Shown piece after piece: positions 54,893 to 64,000 of a stretch of DNA of 64,000 bases (the first letter of the stretch is position 1; every line of letters starts with the position of its first letter). This stretch comes from Candidatus Nomurabacteria bacterium (GTDB lineage Bacteria; Patescibacteriota; Saccharimonadia; Saccharimonadales; VXPC01). A program made the translations under genes and the position numbers. Where the stretch lies: positions 293,854-357,853 of the forward strand of contig JACKGQ010000001.1 of assembly GCA_020631905.1 (NCBI GenBank), read 5' to 3'. The notes beneath the pieces are model-generated. The model saw only the letters and a program-made list of their open reading frames with translations, did no database searches and was not told where the DNA came from.

Positions 54893-57436
54893 ATGGCAGA
54901 TATTGATGATCAACAACTAGACAACACGACTCCAGAACCAGAGGTAATCGAGGCAACCACCATTAACGGTGTCCGTCGTAGCAATATTACCGAGGTAATG
55001 GAAAGTAACTTTTTGCGCTATTCGATGAGCGTGATTATCGCACGGGCTTTGCCAGACGTACGCGATGGACTTAAGCCAGTACATCGTCGAATTCTATTCT
55101 CGATGAACCAAAACGGCATTCGCAGTAACGGTAAAACCATGAAATCGGCACGTATTGTTGGAGATGTCATGGGTAAATACCACCCACACGGCAATATGGC
55201 TATCTATGATGCTATGGCGCGTTTGGCTGTCGATTGGTCGACTCGCTATTTACTGATCACTGGGCAAGGAAACTTCGGAACAATGGATGGCGACCCGCCA
55301 GCAGCCGATAGGTACACCGAGGCCAAGCTAAACCGACATGCCGAAGAGTTGTTAGCAGACTTAGATAAAGAGACAGTTCCGTTTAGGGCAAACTACGATG
55401 GGACCGAACAAGAACCAGAAGTCTTACCAGCACGCCTACCAAACTTACTGCTTAATGGTCAAACGGGTATTGCTGTTGGTATGGCTACTAGTATTCCGCC
55501 ACATCACTTGGGCGAAGTTGTCGATGCAGTTGTCGAGATGATCGACAACCCAGATTACGAGCTGAGCGACTTGCTCAAACATATCAAGGGACCGGATTTT
55601 CCGACTGGAGGTATCGTTTATGGTGGTTCCAGCATGCAGGAAGCTTATGCAAGCGGTAAGGGTAGTGTAACTATCCGTGGCCGGGCCGTGATTGAGGAAC
55701 GCAACAAACAAGGAGCTCACCGTATTGTAATTACGGAGATTCCATACATGTTAAACATGAGTGCACTCGTCGAAAAGATGGCAGAGCTGGTCAATGACAA
55801 AAAGATTAATGGCGTTAGCGATATCCGTGACGAAAGCTCGCGAGGTGCGGTTAGAATAGTCGTCGATTTAAAGAAAGATGCCTATCCTAAAAAGATTTTA
55901 AATCAGCTATACAAACTTACGCCCCTACAATCTGCTTTTCATTACAACATGTTGGCCCTTGTCGATGGTATTCAACCAAGGGTGCTTGGCTTAACAGATA
56001 TACTTCATGAATATCTCAAGCATCGCCAGGCAGTTGTTCGCAGACGTACAGAGTTTGAGCTCAAGAAGGCCAAAGCTCGTGAACATATCCTCGAAGGTCT
56101 AAAGATCGCCCTCGATAATATCGACGAAGTAGTTAGGATTATTAGAGCAAGCGCAACGACTGATGAGGCTCGTGATAGTTTAATCAAGAAATTTAAGCTA
56201 AGCGAGATTCAAGCTAATTCAATCTTGGCTATGCCGTTACGCAGTCTGGTTGGCCTTGAACGCCAAAAAATCGAAGATGAACTAGCTCAGCTAAAAAAAT
56301 TAATTGCCGACTTAGAAGCTTTACTCGCCGACGAGAAAAAGATAACTCAGGTTGTGCGAAAAGAATTAATAGAACTCAAAGATAAATATAACGACGAACG
56401 CCGATCAGAAATTATCAACCAGGAGCTAGGTAAGTTTAGCGATGAAGAGCTGATTCCTAATGAACAGGTAGTTGTAACGCTTACAACATCTAATTACATT
56501 AAACGAAGCCCAGTTTCCGATTACAAACGCCAGGGTCGGGGTGGTAAAGGACGTCGTGGTATTGCCACTCGCGAAGAAGACTATGTAGACCAGATGTTGT
56601 TTGTCAGCACTCACGATTACATATTATTCTTCACCAACCGAGGTCGTGTATTTAGGATTAAAGCTTACGAAATACCAAACGCCAGCCTAAATGCCAAAGG
56701 CGTCGCAATTGTTAACCTATTGCAGCTTCAACCAGAGGAGACAATCAGTTCGATGTTTAAGATCGAAGCTGGCGGAAAACCTGAAGGCCATCTATTCATG
56801 TGCACCAAGAATGGTGTTGTCAAGAAGACAGCATATGACAAGTTCGAAAACGTACGTACGAGTGGTCTAATTGCGATTACTTTGGACGACGGGGATGAGC
56901 TCAAATGGATTCGCTTAAGTAGCGGAGACGAAGAGGTGGTAATCTCGACTGCTATGGGTCAAGCCATGCGCTTCCATGAAAGCCATGTACGCAGTATGGG
57001 ACGTAGTGCACGTGGCGTAAGAGGTATGAGACTTAGAAAAGATGACTATGTGATTGGAATGGATATTGTTCACGAAGATGCCTCGATATTTGTAATCAGT
57101 CGTAATGGTTACGGTAAGCGCACAAAGATTTCCCAGTTTACACCACACGCAAGAGGTGGGGTTGGCATTCGTTCGGCTGTAGTCAATAGTAAAACAGGCG
57201 AGCTGGTAGCTGTCCGAAGCCTCCGACCAGATGCAAACGAACTGATAGTAATCTCCGAGTCGGGGCAAACAATCCGGCTTGGCCTAAAAGATATTCCTGA
57301 GCTTAGTCGAGCTACCCAGGGTGTGCGAATCATGCGATTAAATGATGGTGACTATGTGGCCTCGGTTGTCACTGTCATGGAACCGCAAGAAGGCGACATC
57401 GACGATTCTGACTCAGGAGAAGCCAATGCTAGCTAA
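54893..57436 (+). CDS. gyrA: DNA gyrase subunit A
   Basis: DGLKPVHRRIL and YHPHGNMAIYDAM (QRDR). Catalytic-Tyr region AADRYTEA. GyrA-box QGRGGKG. Confidence 0.97.
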   Translation: MADIDDQQLDNTTPEPEVIEATTINGVRRSNITEVMESNFLRYSMSVIIARALPDVRDGLKPVHRRILFSMNQNGIRSNGKTMKSARIVGDVMGKYHPHGNMAIYDAMARLAVDWSTRYLLITGQGNFGTMDGDPPAADRYTEAKLNRHAEELLADLDKETVPFRANYDGTEQEPEVLPARLPNLLLNGQTGIAVGMATSIPPHHLGEVVDAVVEMIDNPDYELSDLLKHIKGPDFPTGGIVYGGSSMQEAYASGKGSVTIRGRAVIEERNKQGAHRIVITEIPYMLNMSALVEKMAELVNDKKINGVSDIRDESSRGAVRIVVDLKKDAYPKKILNQLYKLTPLQSAFHYNMLALVDGIQPRVLGLTDILHEYLKHRQAVVRRRTEFELKKAKAREHILEGLKIALDNIDEVVRIIRASATTDEARDSLIKKFKLSEIQANSILAMPLRSLVGLERQKIEDELAQLKKLIADLEALLADEKKITQVVRKELIELKDKYNDERRSEIINQELGKFSDEELIPNEQVVVTLTTSNYIKRSPVSDYKRQGRGGKGRRGIATREEDYVDQMLFVSTHDYILFFTNRGRVFRIKAYEIPNASLNAKGVAIVNLLQLQPEETISSMFKIEAGGKPEGHLFMCTKNGVVKKTAYDKFENVRTSGLIAITLDDGDELKWIRLSSGDEEVVISTAMGQAMRFHESHVRSMGRSARGVRGMRLRKDDYVIGMDIVHEDASIFVISRNGYGKRTKISQFTPHARGGVGIRSAVVNSKTGELVAVRSLRPDANELIVISESGQTIRLGLKDIPELSRATQGVRIMRLNDGDYVASVVTVMEPQEGDIDDSDSGEANAS

Positions 57437-57866
57437 TTCTTTAAGCCTAATCATTGTGGCAGCACTTGGTTATGGGGTTGCCCAGCTGATTAAGTTCGGT
57501 ATTTCGCTCCGCAAAGATGGCCTAGATATAGCTGATCTATTTGCATCGGGCGGGTGGCCCAGTTCGCATTCGGCAGTCATGGCGGCAACCTGTCTGCATA
57601 TAGGGTATATCGAAGGCTATTCGTCTACAGTATTTGGCTTGGCATTAGTTGTTACCCTGGTAGTTGTGTACGATTCAATTGGGGTTAGGCGGTCAACAGG
57701 CCTTAACACGCTTGCAATTATCAAGCTATCCAAAAAAGCAGGCATCAAGGATATTGAGCATGGTAATATCTTGGGGCGCGGACATACTCCATTTGAAGTA
57801 ATTGTCGGTCTACTGGTTGGCGTGGTTGTCGCACTTTTGTACCAAACACTCGTATCACAGGCGTAG
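57426..57866 (+). CDS. DUF212 (divergent PAP2 / acid-phosphatase-like) membrane protein
   Basis: GGWPSSHSA and YDSIGVRRSTG motifs. ATG 57426 chosen because the ORF-track start lies inside gyrA. Confidence 0.75.
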   Translation: MLANSLSLIIVAALGYGVAQLIKFGISLRKDGLDIADLFASGGWPSSHSAVMAATCLHIGYIEGYSSTVFGLALVVTLVVVYDSIGVRRSTGLNTLAIIKLSKKAGIKDIEHGNILGRGHTPFEVIVGLLVGVVVALLYQTLVSQA

Positions 57867-57883
57867 TAATATTATCTACGTTC

Positions 57884-57912
57884 TTGACAAGAATAACACT
57901 TTAGCGTAGTCT
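57884..57912 (+). promoter_or_regulatory. possible 16S rRNA promoter
   Basis: TTGACA (57884-57889), 17-nt spacer, TAGTCT (57907-57912). The -10 box is weak. Confidence 0.4.
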
Positions 57913-58108
57913 ACTTTAGTTCACGGGATGGTCAAAAAGTCTTCTTAACGAGCCACCAAATCGTTACGAGCCCGACTTTTGGTCTGAAAGTGAAACGAAC
58001 ATTGAAAACTTGGTTGTGTAATGTCAACGTTTAATTACTTTATTGTTTTGGTCTTGTACCAAATAAAGTTTTACAATTTGTAAATATTTTGAGTACGGAC
58101 CAAAACTT

Positions 58109-59579
<1,471 letters not shown>

Positions 59580-59840
59580 CTAGGGAGAAGATAACAATCC
59601 CGCTATCTCACTCTAGTGTTTCTCTGCGAGAGAACATTAGATAAGCGAGGATGGTCGATCCGATTTATGTATTAGTGGTTAACCAATACATAAACGTAGC
59701 ATTCGCTACAACGGATAGGTAACCAACTGCATGAACGAGCAGTATAATAAACGACATTACACAACCAAGAGTTCAATATGAGGGGAGGTGATTCCTCCTC
59801 TAGTCGGCATAAATGTCTGCTCTCCTCCCAAAGAGGAATA

Positions 59841-59871
59841 AAAATACCCGGATTCACTCCGGGTATTTTTA
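59841..59871 (+). terminator. intrinsic terminator downstream of 16S
   Basis: AAAAATACCCGG / CCGGGTATTTTT 12-bp stem with a U-run. Confidence 0.75.
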
Positions 59872-59927
59872 TGCACAAACAGATACTCATAATAATTAAC
59901 CATCTGTGTTCGTGTTAGCATATTATT

Positions 59928-60383
59928 ATGAAAAAGGAAGGATATGAGGACTTGAAGCGACCAAATATAGAAATAGGTGAATCACCAATACAGGGCAAAG
60001 GTCTTTTTGCTAAAGAGTTTATCCCGGCGGGTAGTGAAATTATATTCCCTCCGGCACTACCAGATGATACTATCCGGGCTTTAGGCACAGAAGAATTCCA
60101 TAAATATTTGGATGAGCTTCGTGCGAAGGGTATTGAATGGAACTCTATTTCTAATGGTGACGGAACTCATACTGTGAGCACTGCACCGAGAGAAAACGAC
60201 CCAAGTAATTATGGCAATCACAGTTGCGACCCTAACAATGATGGCAAAGGACATGCTCTTCGCGATATTGAAGCTGGTGAAGAGATAACGGTTGATTATG
60301 CACAGTTTAGTGATAAGAGTTGGTCCATGCCTTGTAATTGTGGAGCCGCTAATTGCACCGGTATAGTACGTGGGACTGTTTAA
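59928..60383 (+). CDS. SET-domain protein lysine methyltransferase (151 aa)
   Basis: GKGLFA, NHSCDPN, GEEITVDY and post-SET CNCGAANC motifs, all in canonical order. TAGCAT lies 6 nt before the ATG. Confidence 0.85.
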   Translation: MKKEGYEDLKRPNIEIGESPIQGKGLFAKEFIPAGSEIIFPPALPDDTIRALGTEEFHKYLDELRAKGIEWNSISNGDGTHTVSTAPRENDPSNYGNHSCDPNNDGKGHALRDIEAGEEITVDYAQFSDKSWSMPCNCGAANCTGIVRGTV

Positions 60384-60445
60384 TTTTTTGCCAAAGTAAC
60401 GATTAACAGGTAAAATACTTCGGTCTTCGTAAGTTTTTAGCTTAC

Positions 60446-60572
60446 CCAAATTCAAACCTGTTTGAATTTGATAGGAACAACAATGACCTGCCAGACTAGT
60501 ACTTTTGCCACTTGTTTGCAAAAGTAGTGATCTGGCAGTCGTCATTGACTGAGACGAGGGGCTGTAGCTCAG
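60446..60572 (+). repeat. 127-nt structured repeat, copy 1 (runs into the first 15 nt of tRNA-Ala)
   Basis: Identical to 60718..60844 except for 2 substitutions. Contains hairpin TTCAAACCTGTTTGAA and a long imperfect hairpin TGCCAGA..TACTTTTGC/GCAAAAGTA..TCTGGCA. Confidence 0.95.
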
Positions 60573-60634
60573 TTGGCTAGAGCACCTGCTTTGCAAGCAG
60601 GGGGTCCGGGGTTCGAGTCCCCGCAGCTCCACCA
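60558..60634 (+). tRNA. tRNA-Ala (UGC)
   Basis: G3:U70 identity pair, anticodon loop UUUGCAA, encoded CCA. Confidence 0.93.
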
Positions 60635-60717
60635 GATGTACATAAATATTTTGTGTACTGAATGGGGCCGGATAACCTTCGGGTTAACCGGTTCCACCAA
60701 GAGACTTAAAAATACAA

Positions 60718-60844
60718 CCAAATTCAAACCTGTTTGAATTTGAGAGGAACAGCAATGACCTGCCAGACTAGTACTTTTGCCACTTGTTTGCAAAAGTAGT
60801 GATCTGGCAGTCGTCATTGACTGAGACGAGGGGCTGTAGCTCAG
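60718..60844 (+). repeat. 127-nt structured repeat, copy 2 (runs into the first 15 nt of tRNA-Ile)
   Basis: Direct repeat of 60446..60572 at a 272-nt period. Confidence 0.95.
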
Positions 60845-60906
60845 CTGGTTAGAGCGCGTCACTGATAATGACGAGGTCGGTGGTTCAAGTCCTCCCAGCC
60901 CCACCA
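60830..60906 (+). tRNA. tRNA-Ile (GAU)
   Basis: Anticodon loop CUGAUAA, GTTCAAGT T-loop, encoded CCA. Confidence 0.93.
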
Positions 60907-61794
60907 CCGTTGAATCACAAAAAAAGTTGACAGTTAATCGTCGTTATTATTACATCGTCTAGTCTTTACAAACAGTAGTAATTTTGTTAGGATTTGTTGG
61001 TGTCTACAGAGTACAGACATTAATTCACTGAGGTAGGGTGAAGACATGCTTGTACTTTGGCTAGTTAATCCTTTGCGAGGACCTATTGCTAAAGTCGTAA
61101 ATTAACAATTTATTATTGTGTGACAAACGGTTGTTCCTGACCTGTTTTGATTTATAAAAACACCAGAAACAAACCATTTGCACATTCACAAAAAGTTACA
61201 CAAGCGCACATAAAGAATGCCTTGACGCAAAATACCGAAGAAGGACGTAGCAGGCTGCGATAAGCTGCGGGGAGCTGCCAAACAAGCTTTGAACCGTAGA
61301 TTTCCGAATGGGGAAACCCAGCTAGAGTCATGTCTAGTTACCACTGTATGAACTTTTGATAGTACAGTAGGCGGTAAGTTCCCGAACTGAAACATCTTAG
61401 TAGGGAGAGGAATAGAAAGTAACCAACGATTCTCGGAGTAGTGGCGAGCGAAACGGGAATAGCCCAAACTTTTTAAGTTTTTGCCTGTTAATTCAGGCGA
61501 ATAAGTTGACAGACGAATGCTTAAAAGGGGTTGTGAGATATAAATACCCATGTCTGGGTGCTCGATTTAGAGCGACCAGATATGGAGACAAGAGCTGTTA
61601 ATCTTGTATAAAGTTACAAATTGCAATGCGAGTAGAATCAGCTGGAAAGCTGAGCCATAGACAGTGATAGCCTGGTATACAAAGTTATTGCAACTTTATC
61701 ATTTATATCTCGAGTAAGGCGGGGCACGAGAAACCCTGTTTGAATCTGGGACGACCACGTTCCAAGGCTAAATATATTTTGCGATCGATAGCGT

Positions 61795-61828
<34 letters not shown>

Positions 61829-63035
61829 GGAAGGGGAGTGAAATAGAGTCTGAAATTGTGTGCGTACAAGGAGTCGGAGCCTTCGGGTGACGGCGTGCTT
61901 TTTGTAGAACGATCCAGCGAGTTACTGTATCTTGGCAAGCTTAATCCATTTTGGAGTAGGCATAGTGAAAGCGAGCCTTAAGTGGGCGTTTAGTCGGATG
62001 CAGTAGACCCGAAACCGGGTGACCTAGCCATGAGCAGGTTGAAGCGCAGGTAAGACTGCGTGGAGGACCGAACCATTGTATGTTGCAATATACTTGGATG
62101 ACTTGTGGTTAGCGGAGAAATTCCAATCGAACTCGGAGATAGCTGGTTCTCCTCGAAATAGCTTTAGGGCTAGCGTCGTGTAGTAGCATATAGGGGTAGA
62201 GCTCTGTTTCGGACTGGGGCCTTCATCGGTACCCACCCTTGATAAACTACGAATACTATATGTGTAATCACGGCAGTCAGAACATCGGTGCTAAGGTCGA
62301 TGCTCAAAAGGGAAACAGCCCAGACCTTCGTCTAAGGTCCCTAAATAAACACTCAGTGGGAAACGAGGTGAGATTTCATAAACAGCGAGGATGTTGGCTT
62401 AGAAGCAGCCATTCATTTAAAGAGTGCGTAACAGCTCACTCGTCAAGAGATCTTGCGCGGAAAATTTAACGGGGCTTAAGTGTTTTACCGAAGACAAGGA
62501 TTAATATTTTAATATTAGTGGTAGAGGAGCGTTCCTATCTGCGTTGAAGGTGTGTCGTGAGGCATGCTGGAGCGTTAGGAAGTGAGAATGCTGGAATGAG
62601 TAACTTTAAGATATGTGAGAATCATATCCGCCGAAAGAGCGAGGTTTCCTGGGCAACGATAATCGTCCCAGGGTTAGTCGGTCCTAAGTCGAGGCGAGTA
62701 GCGTAGACGATGGACATCAGGTTAATATTCCTGAACTAGTAGTGGTGTTGTGAGTAAGTGCGCGGCATGGTAGCGAGAGCAGATTAATGGTATATCTGTC
62801 TAAGTGCGTAGTCCTTCGGGGTGAAACACGAATGCAACTGTCCTTTTAGGACGGGAGTCCCGTGAGCCAAGCTGACTAGAAAAGCATATTCACTTATAAC
62901 CACTTCTATCCGTACCGCAAACCGACACAGGTGCTCAGGTCGAGTAGACCAAGGCGTACGAGAGAACCTTTGCTAAGGAACTCGGCAATACAGCGACCGT
63001 AACTTCGGGATAAGGTCTGCCCTGTGGGGTGCGCT

Positions 63036-63376
63036 AAGCGCAAGTATTGCACAACGAGTACCTCACATCTGTTCACTAGCCTAGATCACATCTGAAAGGC
63101 TGCAAAAATATTTTTCTTTTTCAATATAACTACAGTTATGTTTCAAAAGCAGAAATATCTTTTCGCACATTCATATGCAATCTAGGGTTAGCAACCAGAT
63201 GCGAGGTACTCGTTAGAGTAAATAGCAGTAACAATTTGTGAATGTCTTCGTAAGAAGACTACAATCGAGAAATCAACTATCTAGTAATAGATAGCTTGAG
63301 ACAGAAATAACATATTCTATGAACCAACAGGTTTTATGGATAGTTGCTATTTGCGTATGCAAATATTACTTGAGTT
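63036..63376 (+). other. about 340-nt AT-rich insertion at the tip of the helix-63-equivalent of 23S
   Basis: GGGGTGCGCTA (63025-63035) pairs with TAGCGTGCCCC (63377-63387). E. coli has about 30 nt between the equivalent strands. The insert forms long internal hairpins and has no ORF. Confidence 0.8.
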
Positions 63377-63530
63377 TAGCGTGCCCCGTGGGGCCGCAGC
63401 TAAAGAGCCCATGCAACTGTTTACTAAAAACATAGGTCTCTGCAAACACGAAAGTGGAAGTATAGGGGCTGACGCCTGCCCGGTGCTGGAAGGTTAAGGG
63501 GAGAACTTTACGGTTTGAACTGAAGCCCCA

Positions 63531-63616
<86 letters not shown>

Positions 63617-63842
63617 GTGGGCACTGTCTCAGCAAAGGACTCGGTGAAAGTGCATTGGCGGTAAAGATGCCGTCTGTCCGCACCAGGACGAAAAGACCCC
63701 GTGGAGCTTTACTACAGCTTGGCATTGAGCCGAGCGTATACATGTGTAGCATAGGTGGGAGACTTTGAAGCAGATGCGCTAGCGTTTGTGGAGTCATCAG
63801 TGAAATACCACCCTTGTGTACGCTTTGTTCTTGACCTGGCCC

Positions 63843-64000
63843 TCAAAGTGTAGAAAATACTTTGAAAGCCAAGTTTTAAGACCAAGGTAGCCTAAACAAT
63901 TAGGCAGTATTGTGAAACAGCTATAACATCCATGTCCTAATCACATCGATGACATCGAGAGTGGTGGTTATAGCAAAAATACTTTTTAAGTATTTGTTAG
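63843..64000 (+). other. second interruption of 23S conservation (insertion or intron, incomplete)
   Basis: After GTTCTTGACCTGGCCC the expected ...GACAGTGTCTGGTGGGTAGTTTGACTGGGGCGG does not appear before the window ends. The sequence is AT-rich with local hairpins. Confidence 0.65.

Noticed and set aside
60081-60907. Two minus-strand ORFs (60081..60632, 183 aa; 60569..60907, 112 aa) that share the peptide SPSSQSMTTARSLLLQTSGKSTSLAGHCCS, which looks like a duplicated gene.
   Set aside because: The shared peptide is simply the reverse translation of the 127-nt DNA repeat. Both ORFs run antisense through tRNA-Ala and tRNA-Ile, and the first also through the SET gene. There are no start signals.
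63036-63376. The 23S helix-63 insertion as a group I intron encoding a homing endonuclease.
   Set aside because: There is no ORF on the + strand. The insert is closed by the native helix strands like an expansion or intervening sequence, and I saw no recognisable intron core. The minus-strand ORF 63366..63797 mostly covers conserved 23S.

Overview
This 64-kb window is a gene-dense stretch of a reduced, monoderm-type genome. I assign it to Saccharibacteria/TM7 (Patescibacteria/CPR). The 16S gene (58109..59579) carries CATAAAGGAATTGACGGGGAC (58974..58994) and GGAAGGAGGGGATGATGTCAGGTC (59226..59249). From memory, these are the target sites of the TM7-910R and TM7-1177R primers.

Content, left to right:
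- Housekeeping genes mixed with lineage-specific secreted or membrane proteins (0-8 kb).
- A complete secretin-less type IV pilus locus: pilM/N/O, pilB, pilT, pilC, a pilin, pilD and four minor pilin-like genes (7.6-22.3 kb).
- xerC/D-family recombinase, uppP, ndk and several tRNAs.
- Envelope glycosylation genes: a processive GT2 synthase and a GtrA/GT2/GT39 triad.
- nrdR, tgt, thrS behind a T-box-like leader, an ATL protein, miaA, rpmB, RNase P RNA, infC-rpmI-rplT and comM.
- A 0.9-kb ORF-free AT-rich region, followed by a three-gene module built around a membrane-anchored TraD/VirD4/HerA-like ATPase.
- An LPXTG surface protein, then gyrB and gyrA.
- An atypical rRNA locus: 16S with its own processing stem and terminator, a SET-domain methyltransferase gene in the spacer, tRNA-Ala and tRNA-Ile each preceded by the same 127-nt structured repeat, and a 23S gene with at least two large insertions.

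All 9 tRNA genes encode their 3' CCA. Many genes have a -10 box 6-9 nt upstream of the ATG, which suggests leaderless mRNAs. Several promoter-plus-terminator units without a convincing ORF look like unclassified small RNAs.

The best candidates for something undescribed are the stand-alone coupling-protein-like ATPase module (46.5-50.2 kb) and the protein-coding, repeat-bearing rRNA spacer. All functional calls rest on motif recognition by eye. No searches were run.
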